Notes: generated from the letters alone by a model not told the origin. Counted from the first letter of the stretch, positions 26,374 through 37,171 are shown. The stretch: 64,000 bases of DNA from Oligoflexales bacterium (GCA_965215515.1 OZ244057.1:128001-192000), one strand, 5' to 3'. Translations and numbers: made by a program.

Positions 26374-27165
26374 TCATTTGAATTTGCCGAGACCTTCACG
26401 AAATTTAGTTACCCCTCTGCCGACATGATTTAGCACGGGGCGAGCCATAAACTTGCCTGCGCCCCACGTCTTGGCTACACCCTGTTTAGCTGCTTGTTTA
26501 GCGTAAAGCTTGGCTGCACCTACCGCCGCTGTGGCAGGAGCAAGAGCTAATCCTGATGCCGCTGTTTCAAGTCCATCGTTGATCAATGAACGTGTAGCGA
26601 GAGGAATAAACAGCATACTCAGCCCGATGCACAGGTTAAGGATGATTGCCGCTAAGTAGTCTTCCATGTTGCTTGTCTGATGCTCCATCGCCAGCTTTAG
26701 CAGCAGCACACTAAGCACTGTCCACATTATTTTCCAAACAACGACTTTCACTAACCCCTTGTATAAATTCGCGGTGACGTTAGCCGTTGCCTTTGCTACA
26801 TAAGCCAAGATCATCAGTGGCGATAAGGTATAGAGCACCACCCAAACAAAATGCATTAGCGATTCAGTGACAAAAAAACCTAAGTAAGCAATGAGATAAG
26901 CGAGGAGTGATAGCGTGTAGATAATATGCCCACGCAGATCAAACAACCCACTCGATGCGTCCTTGTAATTCGGCCCCAAATTCTTTAGAACTTCCCACAC
27001 ATCAACGCTTCTGTCGATTTTTCCGACAATACCATTGCCGATTATGCCAATCGCTTCGATGGTGTATTCAAAAGAAACTAACAACAGTACTGAGATCATC
27101 ACTCGCCGAAGAATATCGCCAACATCTATGTTCTGTGTCTTGAGAAATTCCAAGATCACCAGCAG
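26374..27165 (-). pseudogene. 5'-truncated second virB6-like gene
   Basis: Highly similar to 4449..5333 from LVILEF onward; first ~28 codons missing. Confidence 0.85.
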
Positions 27166-27186
27166 CTGTGGAGGTAGCTTCACCAG

Positions 27187-27720
27187 TTGACTCAGGATGA
27201 TCTCGCTGAATTATTTGCTAAGGGACGATCTACCATCGCTGAACACATTCTCAACATCTTTGATGACCAGGAGCTGAACAAAGATTCAGTTTGTCGGAAT
27301 TTCCGACGAACTGCTGCTGACGGCAAGGTATATAGCACCATTCACTATAATTTGGACATGATCCTGGCTGTTGGTTTTCGGGTGCGTTCACCACGGGGCG
27401 TGCAATTTCGCAGTGACCCAAACCAGCCTAATATGGGTCTTACCTCGTGGAAAGGTTCGGTTGTCCGCAAGGGTGATGTCAGTACTACTAAAAACTACCT
27501 GAAGCAGGATGAGATCGAACAGCTCAATCGTATCGTAGCCATGTATCTCGATTATGCAGAGGATCAGGCAAAGCAACGTAAGACCATAACAATGGCACAG
27601 CTGATGGGGCAGATATCCGCGAGTTGGAGGTTTTCACCAAGCAGGCTGAGCAGAATGAAGAGGGTGAGTAGGTTCTATCTTCGCACTTGCTTATATGAGC
27701 AAAATTTCCAAGTCTGCTGA
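27187..27720 (+). pseudogene. rhuM: RhuM-family protein with internal and terminal deletions
   Basis: LAELF...HYNLDMILAVGFRVRSPRGVQFR joined directly to PNMGLTSW...KNYL; the segment normally between these motifs is absent. Confidence 0.75.
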
Positions 27721-27857
27721 TCTGGGAGCTAGCATTAACCCAGCCCTTCCCAGTTTGGTTTCATAAGTAAGATCCTCGTAGAGGATAAGCTCTTATCGAT
27801 ACAAGTGATAGAGGAGCTACTATACTGATAGCCGACGATGTGTCAACGGAAGAGTAA

Positions 27858-29703
27858 ATGAGTAACGATTTGCTGAATGGCACACATACTAATCCATTTG
27901 AGAACATAGATTGGTCGCCCCTGATGCTGGCTGATCGTCAGAGGGAGCTATGCAATCTGCTAGATCGTGAAGGGGGTGGGAAGTATCAGTTGGGCAACCT
28001 TTACAGCGGAGCAATCCGTGTCTTGTCTGACCCTAATAACCCCGACCGCATCGCCCAAGCTGCAAACTCACTGCGGGAGGTTTTGGAAAAACTTCTGTTA
28101 CTTGTCTTTGGGTACGTCAGAAAAGATCGTAGTGAGTTTAGTAAAATACGGAGTAATATGGCTTATCTTCTAATGGAATACAAGGAAACGGGTGACGATG
28201 GAGTAAAGGAAAAACTGCACGATAAGCTTGGAGAATACCTGGAGCTAAATGAAGCTCGACACGCCACAAGAGCGGAACAAATGGGAGCAGTTGCGGTCGC
28301 TATCTACGCGGGAGACAACAAACTCGCGAAAGAAAAGGGAGAGCAGGCAAAAAAGCTATGGTATAAGCTAGATAGCTGTGCCCATCACGGTAAATGTGAT
28401 GATAGTTTTGAAAAAATATTGGAGGAATTTGAGAAAACTGTTGATCTGATACTCGCTAACGTGGTTGTAATAAATCAAAAAGAAATTCAGAAAATAGTGC
28501 AGTCCAACGATAGATCGAAGCAAGGCATAGAACATTTTTTTAGATTGATTGGGAACAACGAAGCAAATCGCAGATATTTTTTCAAGCTAATTACTGAAAA
28601 AACTGATGCTACTTGGCTGACTATTATCAGGGAAAGGGGCTATTTCAAAAGTCCTCCAGAAGTTGAGCACAGCAATGATGGTTGGATGACAATACCCTTT
28701 TGGCTACCAATGCCTTACCTAATAGAGATGGCAAGCTACGAGCCAGATAAGGTTGCTAAGATCGTTGCAAATATTCCTACAGTTGACAGTTCCTATGTCT
28801 CGGCAGCGAAAAAAATTATTGAGCAGCGTCTTTCTTCACAGGCAGAGCACGCCTTGAAGCCAGAAGAGTATGCCATTTTGGGGGTCAATTATCTTCGCTT
28901 GCACTTCCTTGACAAGGAATGGGCACGAAAGAACAGATTGAAACTTTTTCCACAAAATAATCTCTCTGCATGGTCAGCCGCGTTTGGTGCTTCTATTAGC
29001 TACTGTGAATCACGCAAAGAAATGTTTGAAATTGTTCGCGAAAACTTTACCTTTGCTATGCAGAACTTGAATGAACTCAGCGCGAAGGACAACTATGGAG
29101 ATGAAATACTGAGTGATTTTGAGTTGAAGCTGTTTAATTTCTATCTTGCTGGAGACTATCCACTTGTAGGCAATTATAGCCTTCTTGATCAGTACTATCA
29201 AAAAACTGCTTCAGACAAGAAAGAGGCGTGGCAACTTACTCTACAAAGTTGGTGATAGCTTGCGTGATAAAGACAACCAATTCAGCAAGGAAGCAAAAGA
29301 AAAAATTTTAGATTTTTTCAAAACTAGGTTTGCAGCAGGAGATTTTGTAAAGATGGACAACTTTAGTCCTTGGTTGGATGTCGAGCAGTTGGAGACAAAA
29401 GAGCGTCTTAGTGCCTGCCTTCAGGTATTAAAAACTTGCGAGATAGAAAGCTTTTCCACTCACGCTTGGCTGAAAAAATTTTGCAAAATGCTACCATATC
29501 ACACTGCAAAGGTGGTCAAGTGTTTTGAAAAGCTTGTATGTCGAGAAAATTCAAATATCGCCCACATTAATGAAGAAAGGGTAAGTATCATAGTTACCGC
29601 GGGTCGTAATAGTGGCAATGAAGTGATAATCAGAAATGCAAACCGTGCTGTTAATTGTCTGCGTCGTAAAAGCTTAATTAGCTCACTGACTTTAGATGAC
29701 TGA
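27858..29703 (+). pseudogene. Frameshifted large helical protein with a HEPN-like N-terminus
   Basis: Overlapping ORFs 27858..29255 and 29185..29703 read as one gene shifted near 29220; AANSLREVLEKL...LDSCAHH pattern. Confidence 0.5.
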
Positions 29704-30507
29704 AGATATAGTGATATCTTCCACTATTTTCTTATCTATTTATGTAGCCAGCCCCATCAACAGCATAGTAAATAGTTCTTATAAAGCAGATAATTGCTTG
29801 CTTTTGTTTTTTTTCTTAATTTATCTCCCCAAAAAATTTGAAACAAAATTAAATTAACTATAACAAGTGGCCGATGTCAGAGATGAAATCAAAGTATTAC
29901 TGCACAGATATGATATGGCTCGAAGGGCAAAAGAGTTACGTCTCACCCATCTTGAGGAATTTTTGGGCAAGGTTGATTATTGCAAAGGGAAATTCTCCGC
30001 TAGGCAAAAGATAGAGCTGGGCAGGTATTTCCTCGAAATTGTCATGGGCATCTACAGTGCTCCTCTACTGGTGACAGAGTAATGAAGAAGTGAGTTTCAT
30101 GTGAATTGCCAATTTGAAGCGAATAACCGGCCTTTCCATCCTCTGTATCCTTGATGGTCACTAGCTGACTAGATTCCTTTGACCAGATTTTCAACTGCAT
30201 TAGGTCTTTGTATAAGTTAAGCATAATTAACCTTTTTCTAGCAGATGTTAATAAAAATAGCGGCAATGCTGCCGTCAGGCTAGAGCATAAGACGGATTCC
30301 AACGATGTCAAGGGGGCATGTATGAGAAAGTGCACAATTGCGCGGTTAGATCCAGATCGTTAAAGCCCTATGTTGGGTTCTCTCCATCAGAGCAGGTCGA
30401 AGTGATCTCAGCGGCTGTTTTTCCATGCGTTGCCCCAGTGCACCTTGTTTTGCACAGTGGCAGAGCAAGAATAGTGTCAAAATACATAATTAACCCATCT
30501 GAAATTA

Positions 30508-30536
30508 TTGACAAAAATACGCTTTGCCAGCATAAT
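30508..30536 (+). promoter_or_regulatory. Near-consensus sigma70 promoter of the abiE operon
   Basis: TTGACA-17 nt-CATAAT, 27 nt before GTG 30564. Confidence 0.7.
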
Positions 30537-30563
30537 ATACATATAATTCATGGGTTTTGTGCA

Positions 30564-31142
30564 GTGAGAAGTAACAAGTATTCTGCCCTAGACAGGATAG
30601 CCGAACAGCAGCAGGGGTTGTTTACCAGTCGTCAAGCTATCGGAGCTGGGTTTGATGCGCGCAATCATGCTTACTACTTGAAGAAGGGCTACTGGAAGAG
30701 GGAGTACCGGGGAATTTACCGCCTTAAGCATTTCCCCTTCGAGCCATACTCGGAGTATGCCCTATGGTCGCTGTGGTCATGCAACAGGAACGGCGAGCCA
30801 CAGGGTGTTTACTCTTACGAGACGGCACTTGAGTTTTACAAGCTTTCGGACTTGTCACCAGCTAAAATAGTGATGACAGTGCCTCCTAGTTTCAGAAGAA
30901 ACGCCGAGATACCAGGCGTTCTTGTCCTACACAGAGCTAAACTAGACCCAAGCGATTGGAATATGGTTGCGGGTTTTAGGGTTACCACTCCTGTTAGAAC
31001 ACTGCGAGATGTTGTTTTTTCAAAGCACATCTCAGACGAATTTATTCACCAAGCAGTTAGAGATGGGTTTTCAAGGGGGATGTATCCCAAGCATGAATTG
31101 AGGAGATACGGAATACTTGGCTTAGTGGAGAATTACCGTTGA
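30564..31142 (+). CDS. abiEi: Type IV TA antitoxin AbiEi-like
   Basis: AEQQQGLFTSRQA, RGIYRL, SYETAL, VTTPVRTLRD; start refined using the promoter. Confidence 0.85.
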   Translation: MRSNKYSALDRIAEQQQGLFTSRQAIGAGFDARNHAYYLKKGYWKREYRGIYRLKHFPFEPYSEYALWSLWSCNRNGEPQGVYSYETALEFYKLSDLSPAKIVMTVPPSFRRNAEIPGVLVLHRAKLDPSDWNMVAGFRVTTPVRTLRDVVFSKHISDEFIHQAVRDGFSRGMYPKHELRRYGILGLVENYR

Positions 31143-31852
31143 AATACGAAACTCCAGTTTCCCTACGACAGTCCATCAACGACCGTCTGCAAACGATAGC
31201 GAGGAAGGAGAAGATACCCACAATTCGTCTTCGTCGCCACCTAGCATTTGAACGCCTTCTTGCCCGTCTTTTCCAAGTACCATCGCCGTGGGCACTTAAA
31301 GGTGGCTATGCTATGGAACTACGCTTTCAACAAGCCAGAACGACAAGAGACATTGATCTAGTGGTAGAGGAAAAACAGCTAGTAACTGCTGAACACCATG
31401 ATCTATCTGATGCTATATATACCCATCTAATCAAAGCACTTGCAAAAGACTTGGGAGATTTTTTCTCTTTTGAGGTGAGAAGAGAATCGCTTGTGCTAGA
31501 TGATTTAAATTACATTGGGGTAGCTCGCTTTCATATAAAGGCGAACCTCGGTGAAAGGCTATTTGCTGAATTTGATGTCGATCTTGGTGCCGGGGATGTA
31601 AGGATATGGCCATTTGAAGAGCTTACCAGCAGAAACTTGCTTTCCTTCACGGGAGTTGCAGATTGTCCACCCTTTCCATCCATACCAGCGGAGCAACATT
31701 TTGCAGAGAAGGTGCATGCCTACAGCCTGCCACGTGGGGAACGGACAAACACCCGCATAAAGGACATGATCGATATGGTTCTACTCACCCAAAAAGGTAG
31801 CATGAACAACGTAAAAGTTAGGGATGATCGGCGAGGTTTTGTAAGAACCTGA
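31139..31852 (+). CDS. abiEii: Type IV TA toxin AbiEii nucleotidyltransferase, probably C-terminally truncated
   Basis: LKGGYA, RTTRDID, AEKVHA, TRIKDMID; ends abruptly next to the IS remnant. Confidence 0.85.
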   Translation: MKYETPVSLRQSINDRLQTIARKEKIPTIRLRRHLAFERLLARLFQVPSPWALKGGYAMELRFQQARTTRDIDLVVEEKQLVTAEHHDLSDAIYTHLIKALAKDLGDFFSFEVRRESLVLDDLNYIGVARFHIKANLGERLFAEFDVDLGAGDVRIWPFEELTSRNLLSFTGVADCPPFPSIPAEQHFAEKVHAYSLPRGERTNTRIKDMIDMVLLTQKGSMNNVKVRDDRRGFVRT

Positions 31853-31962
31853 TTTCATTGATAATTGCTGATTGGACACAGATTTTGTGGCTCGATAGAT
31901 TTGCTCCACCAATTCCGCCCTCCTGTCAAGTGCAGGAGGTCATCGAACGGTTTTCGGTAATC

Positions 31963-32088
31963 AAATTCAACAGGTCGAGCCATACTGTCTGCTACCATAC
32001 TGATCTTCGTCGTGTGGCTACCAACTGACTTGCCGATAGCGGCCTCTTCGCCTTTGTGAGCACCGCTGCTGTGTTGATGTGCCTTAAC
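31963..32088 (-). mobile_element. IS5-family transposase fragment
   Basis: VKAHQHSSGA...AIGKSVGSHTTKISMVADSMARPVEF resembles the AHQHAAGA...GRSRGGLTTKIH motif of IS5-family transposases. Confidence 0.75.
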
Positions 32089-32154
32089 GACAACGGGCAT
32101 GCTAATCTGCCAAGCTGGATCGAGACGGCCGCCAAACAAGCAGGAAGGAGTTAG
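32089..32154 (+). pseudogene. 3' remnant of a second ThsB-like TIR gene
   Basis: DNGHANLPSWIETAAKQAGRS* versus DNGLANLPRWIETAAEQAGRS* at 22086-22151. Confidence 0.85.
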
Positions 32155-32157
32155 CCA

Positions 32158-32568
32158 TTGGACAGTGACAAGATAGAGCATCTGAAGTTTACTCAAAACA
32201 TAATCAGCCGCATGGCTAGCGACAGCGGCCTGATGAAGCGGTGGACGATGGCACTTGTCCCCGTTGTAGCTGCGTTTGGAAAGTTCGGCGGTGCCCCTAT
32301 CGTTGCGGGCATTGCTGGTGGCATTCCCTTCATCTTCATGTGGTGGCAGGATGCTAAATATTTGAGACTAGAACAGACGTATCGTAAATTATACGAAGCG
32401 ATTGTTGCTGGTGAGGATGTCAGAATGTTTGACCTCGACTTCAGACCATATCTTGATCGTGTTAACTCTGATTTCAAAACGGCGTGCTCATGGTCAGTTG
32501 CTTCGTTCTACCTTCCGCTCCTCGTTGCACTGATAGTGGCATTGGCAACTGTAGCATTTTCAGCCTGA
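32158..32568 (+). CDS. Second copy of the TIR-associated membrane protein
   Basis: Aligns end to end with 22155..22553. Confidence 0.85.
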   Translation: MDSDKIEHLKFTQNIISRMASDSGLMKRWTMALVPVVAAFGKFGGAPIVAGIAGGIPFIFMWWQDAKYLRLEQTYRKLYEAIVAGEDVRMFDLDFRPYLDRVNSDFKTACSWSVASFYLPLLVALIVALATVAFSA

Positions 32569-32706
32569 TACTCCCCCTACCTCATCCCAAAAATTACCGA
32601 CTTATCCAACAATGCCCAAAAAAACTCACAACGCGCAGTTTGGTAAAGATAAATTACAAAAAGCCGATAACTGAATTGAGAGGTTGCCACTAGGGACTAT
32701 ATTTTA

Positions 32707-34527
32707 ATGAAAATAAATTTTCTAATATGCTTAGTTTTGCTCCTGTCATCGTCAAATCAGTCAGCGGCTTTTGTGGGCGGTGGTGTGCCGCGGTGGGGGT
32801 GGGAGGATTTGGGTAGCACGCAGGCGGTATCGGTTCTGCATCCTTATCGTGGAGGTGGTTTACCGCCGCGGTGGGCACTCTATAGGCATGGTCTGCTCGA
32901 TCTGCGTGCTTATGGTGAGTTGTTGTTGCGCCAGCAGGGGTTAGCGCACGTGTTGGAGGTTGTGGCACGGCCGCGTGATCGGCGGAGGGTTGACTATCGT
33001 TATCGTTTGGGAGGGCATGATGTCTGTAATTTGCGCACTGCGCTGACTCGTCTGCGCGATGGGCATATTTATTGGCGAGGGCATTATCCGACTGCGATGT
33101 GGAGTGGTGATACGTATATCTGGCCAGCGCGTGAGCTGGCCGTGGCGCAGCTAGAGGAGGTGTTTGTCGCCGCACGGGTGCTGCGTATCGATACGGTGAC
33201 CCGCTGTCTACTGGCAACGACACGGGGCTACGTGCCTGTGTACGATTTCAATGTGCGCGTCGGGACGTTGCCATATCGAGTGCGTACCGATGGGCACGAG
33301 GTGTTGGAGGTACAGCCACAGTTCTATGATTTGCAGGGAGAGTTCTATGTTTATCGCGAAAATTCAGTGCGCAGCGGCAGCAAAGAGCGGTTTCTCATCG
33401 AGATCGATACGAGAGGGCGTTTGAGCAACAGGTATTTTGACGCGGTCGGGGCCACCCCTGACGGGGGTGACACCTGGCGACTGAAGCAGTCTAGCAATAC
33501 CTTCAATTATAACGATACCGATAGAGAAATGGCACAGGTCAGCGCTTTTGCACATGCCAATTTGATGTTGCAGTGGTTTAAGGGGCTTGGTTTCAGCTGG
33601 TACGGTAATTGGCACAACGACAGAGGCAACAATGATATCGTTATCGTGACGCACGCCAATTATGACCCTATCCGCCAGATCAGAAATCCCAACAATGCTT
33701 TCTACGCACCCCCGTTTCTTTTGGAGAATGGTACGTGGCAAAAACCCCACATTCTGGTCGGTGACGGCGATGGACGCGACTTGCAAAACCTTGCGCTGGA
33801 CGGTGATGTTATCGCACATGAGCTTGGACATCATATTATTTACCAATACCTGCCTGTCACCGGTGGCCATGCAGGTACTATTCACGAGGGGCTGGCCGAC
33901 TTCTTCACCTTTGCGCGCACAGGTAACCCCTGTTTAGCAGAGAGCACCTGCCCTGACGGCTCGACGACAGCTTGTCAATTGGAAGCAGAGTGCATGCGTT
34001 ATGCTGACCACGACTTCGCCTGGCGTGACTTACAGGGGTATGGTGTTCACGTCGAAGGGCAGGTTTTGTCTGGCATGTTGTGGGATTTGCGCACCGAGTT
34101 TGGTGTCATACCCGATGACGTAAACAGGATTGTTTTTAACGCAGTGAGTCACTTTACCCCCCAGACCCAGCTGGCTGGTTTTATCGACTCCCTGTTGGTG
34201 GCTGATCGCGATCTTTTTGCAGGAAATAATTGTGCGAACATTCTCAACGCGGCCCTCGGTAGAGGGTTGCAAGACTACATTTCTCCTACTATCAACTGTC
34301 GTGGGGTAAATTCCCCCTTGTTTGTCGAGGAGGAAAGTACGGAGACAAGTACGGAGACAAGTGTCGAGGAGGCAAGCGCGGCCGCGGAAAAGAATGAAGG
34401 ATACGGGTACACACGTCACCAAGGCGGTTGTGGCACGATCTTGTCCTCACCCGTGTCTTTCTCTTGCGTTCTGATAATACTGCTGTTGCCTCTGTTGCTT
34501 GCAAAGCATACCTACCGCCGCTTCTGA
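32707..34527 (+). CDS. Secreted gluzincin metallopeptidase (M4/M36-like) with a C-terminal GGC-TM-basic sorting tail
   Basis: Signal peptide, NNAFY, AHELGH, HEGLADFF; tail GGCGTI...LLLPLLLAKHTYRRF. Confidence 0.85.
   Translation: MKINFLICLVLLLSSSNQSAAFVGGGVPRWGWEDLGSTQAVSVLHPYRGGGLPPRWALYRHGLLDLRAYGELLLRQQGLAHVLEVVARPRDRRRVDYRYRLGGHDVCNLRTALTRLRDGHIYWRGHYPTAMWSGDTYIWPARELAVAQLEEVFVAARVLRIDTVTRCLLATTRGYVPVYDFNVRVGTLPYRVRTDGHEVLEVQPQFYDLQGEFYVYRENSVRSGSKERFLIEIDTRGRLSNRYFDAVGATPDGGDTWRLKQSSNTFNYNDTDREMAQVSAFAHANLMLQWFKGLGFSWYGNWHNDRGNNDIVIVTHANYDPIRQIRNPNNAFYAPPFLLENGTWQKPHILVGDGDGRDLQNLALDGDVIAHELGHHIIYQYLPVTGGHAGTIHEGLADFFTFARTGNPCLAESTCPDGSTTACQLEAECMRYADHDFAWRDLQGYGVHVEGQVLSGMLWDLRTEFGVIPDDVNRIVFNAVSHFTPQTQLAGFIDSLLVADRDLFAGNNCANILNAALGRGLQDYISPTINCRGVNSPLFVEEESTETSTETSVEEASAAAEKNEGYGYTRHQGGCGTILSSPVSFSCVLIILLLPLLLAKHTYRRF
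34335..34362. repeat. 12-bp coding tandem repeat (STET linker)
   Basis: AAGTACGGAGAC twice, then AAGT. Confidence 0.7.
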
Positions 34528-36173
34528 AACCCAACCTTCAGTACGGGTGCTGGCTTACTGTTGGATGCCGACGGCACAGGTGGTATCACGATACCACCGC
34601 GTGCCGCAAACCAAGCATCTATATCCTCGTCGCTCAACGCGTAACGCCAGAACGTAACCCCCCGATCGATAGCATATTCTGGTGCATTGTGAAAAACCAA
34701 GGTAGGGCGTAATTTTTTCAAGAACTGCTGGTCACCTGTTCCCCTTGCTGACGGTTGCAGGCATGGTTGTTTTCTGAAATAAGCTAACATCTTGCTGATG
34801 TCGATCTTAAGATGGTTGTAGGTGGAAACTCCTTGCGGCGGCAGCGTGTAGAACTTGTTCTTTACGGTAGAAGCGTTATCCCCACAGCCAAGTGCTGGAT
34901 CGAGATAAATATAGCGTGGCGTGAACCCGTCGTTAGGCGGTGACCAATCAAAATAAAGGTGGAGTTCACTGGCTGTCTTGTTGCTAAAATCAAACCTTGT
35001 CACCCATCCCTCTCCCTGAACAGCAAGCGTGCCCTGCCTGCTCGACATGTTGTCCAACAGTTCAGGAGTTAGAGGCTGGCGATGGGTAAAAATTAACTGC
35101 TGTCCTTGTTGCCGTTTAAACTCCATGGTCAGCTCTGCCTTCGTGGACAACAGCAGGGAAGCAAATTTTTCCAACTGTTCTCCACAACTTGCCGCAATAA
35201 AATTGGCACAGATGTCGTTGACATTTAGACTCGCCACCCTCTTGCGAGGGTCTGTGTTATGTATCTCGATGCCACGGTCAGCCAACAGCCTTTTCCGCAC
35301 GACACCTCCTCCATCACGGACTTGGAGGGATACCTGCACCCGTGTATCATCAGGAAACTTAAATAAATTATCGCCACCAGCATAGCTCACATACAGATCA
35401 CGCACATAGCTGAGGTGCGGGTCGCGCGCTAACGCGGGGTTAGGGGTAGGTGACGGAGATTGTGGCATTTGATAGCGGCTTTTGTCACGGAAATAGATGT
35501 TTTCCAGTTCGATTTTATCGAGATTGACCAATTTCGTGGTGTCGTGGGGGTAGTAGCCGATGCCTACCTGAATATGTGGATGACCTTTAGCAGGTTCAAG
35601 GAGGACGAAGTAACGTGTGCTGCCGCGGATGCCTTTGATGTTGCTGAAGGTGCAAAAATTTCCCCCGCAATGGAGTGTGCCAAAGCCCTGCTGACCAAAG
35701 TCTTGTGCGAACAACTGCTGTTGATCGCGCACCACCTGTGCATGCGTCAAGGTCAAGGTTGGAGAGGCATGTGAATCGATACTGAACACGAGACGGCGGC
35801 AATTAGCTTCGATATCCTCCATGGCAAAGGCAGCATTAGAGTCTCTAGACAAAAAACGATCACCCGATAGCTGTGCCTGCGGTTTGTCGCTTGCCACTTT
35901 GAATTGCTTGGTAATCAACTCCCCGTCCATACCACCCAACTTATGCGAGGTAAAATTAACATGGCTATCGATGATGCGGTCGATTTCTGCTGCCGCCCGC
36001 CCCTGTGCCTGCAAGTAGGCACGACAACGCACATCACCGAGATAGTTTGCTGCTATCTTCAACTCATCGTTAGCAGTGATTATTGACTGTACATCCTGCA
36101 CAGGTTGTAGCTTGCACCACACTAAACATCCAACTAATGACATCCCAACTACCACTTTCAAGATCTTAAACAT
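34512..36173 (-). CDS. Hypothetical exported protein, possible lipoprotein
   Basis: 553-aa ORF, GGGGGAG RBS, hydrophobic N-terminus with Cys. Confidence 0.7.
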   Translation of the reverse strand: MFKILKVVVGMSLVGCLVWCKLQPVQDVQSIITANDELKIAANYLGDVRCRAYLQAQGRAAAEIDRIIDSHVNFTSHKLGGMDGELITKQFKVASDKPQAQLSGDRFLSRDSNAAFAMEDIEANCRRLVFSIDSHASPTLTLTHAQVVRDQQQLFAQDFGQQGFGTLHCGGNFCTFSNIKGIRGSTRYFVLLEPAKGHPHIQVGIGYYPHDTTKLVNLDKIELENIYFRDKSRYQMPQSPSPTPNPALARDPHLSYVRDLYVSYAGGDNLFKFPDDTRVQVSLQVRDGGGVVRKRLLADRGIEIHNTDPRKRVASLNVNDICANFIAASCGEQLEKFASLLLSTKAELTMEFKRQQGQQLIFTHRQPLTPELLDNMSSRQGTLAVQGEGWVTRFDFSNKTASELHLYFDWSPPNDGFTPRYIYLDPALGCGDNASTVKNKFYTLPPQGVSTYNHLKIDISKMLAYFRKQPCLQPSARGTGDQQFLKKLRPTLVFHNAPEYAIDRGVTFWRYALSDEDIDAWFAARGGIVIPPVPSASNSKPAPVLKVGFQKRR

Positions 36174-36451
36174 ATCTCCCCCCTCTTCTCCCCCCTCTCG
36201 ACACCTGCCCTGGCATCGGTGCAGAAAAACAAATAATTAGCCTCTAATTAAAATTTTCGAGCTACTCTAGAAAATTGTGGATTGCGTGTAGATGCCCTCG
36301 CAAAAACATATGGTGGCAATGATAAAGCGGCGAAGAAATCCGTGTCCTACCACCTGAGCACACATACCGACGATATGAAAGAAAAAGGTACGCAAAGCTA
36401 GCTTCCCCTTGCACAACGCGATAACATAGACGATAACGCCCGTTTTGTTCT

Positions 36452-37171
36452 GTGAGGTTAAGCCTAACTGTGCCCGCGGTACTGTCGTTGCAGGATATAC
36501 GCTTTGCCTGGGAGGAGAACACCCCTGCCCTGCTGCATATCGCTGCATTTACCGTGGCACAGGGCGAGAAAGTCTTCGTGCACGGGGCGAGCGGCAGCGG
36601 CAAAACAACCCTACTCAACCTCAGCAGCGGCGTACTGCTACCCCAACAAGGCAAACTACAACTGCTCGGCCGCGAGCTGACCAGCATGTCAGCAGTAGCA
36701 CGTGACCGTTGGCGAGGAGCAGCAGTCGGCTACATTTTCCAGATGTTCAACCTACTACCAGCCTTCACCGCCCTGGAAAATGTCTGCGCACCATGTTTTT
36801 TTTCCGCCGCCAAACGCCAGCGTGTCGCAGCACAAGGTTTGTCGCCAGAAGACGCAGCAAGGCAACTGCTGACGGCACTACAACTCGACCCACAACAACT
36901 GTCCACCCAGCACGTCAGCCGTCTCAGCGTCGGACAACAACAGCGCGTCGCCGCGGCACGAGCACTGATCGGAGCACCACCCCTGATCATCGCCGATGAA
37001 CCGACCTCAGCCCTCGATCATAACGTGCGCGCCCAGTTTCTCGAGCTGTTGTTCGCCCAATGCCAAAAATTCAATACCGCCCTCCTGCTCGTCAGCCACG
37101 AACGTGAACTGGGCACACACTTCGACCGCAGTATCGGCTTGCACGACCTCAACCAAACAGGGAACGCATAA
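36452..37171 (+). CDS. ABC transporter ATP-binding protein (LolD/MacB-like)
   Basis: GASGSGKT, LSVGQQQRV, IIADEPTSALD, VSH. Confidence 0.95.
   Translation: MRLSLTVPAVLSLQDIRFAWEENTPALLHIAAFTVAQGEKVFVHGASGSGKTTLLNLSSGVLLPQQGKLQLLGRELTSMSAVARDRWRGAAVGYIFQMFNLLPAFTALENVCAPCFFSAAKRQRVAAQGLSPEDAARQLLTALQLDPQQLSTQHVSRLSVGQQQRVAAARALIGAPPLIIADEPTSALDHNVRAQFLELLFAQCQKFNTALLLVSHERELGTHFDRSIGLHDLNQTGNA

Larger units (their letters stand above)
1..32600. mobile_element. Composite genomic island: ICE-like conjugative element, defence cargo and a decayed second element; left end outside the window, right end approximate
   Basis: T4SS, coupling protein and relaxase genes; recombinase remnant; TA and TIR genes; several pseudogenes; visibly lower GC than the housekeeping genes after 32.7 kb. 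Confidence 0.8.

Noticed and set aside
29867..30335. Two short ORFs
   Set aside because: No recognisable motif; probably gene fragments, and there is not enough support to call them.
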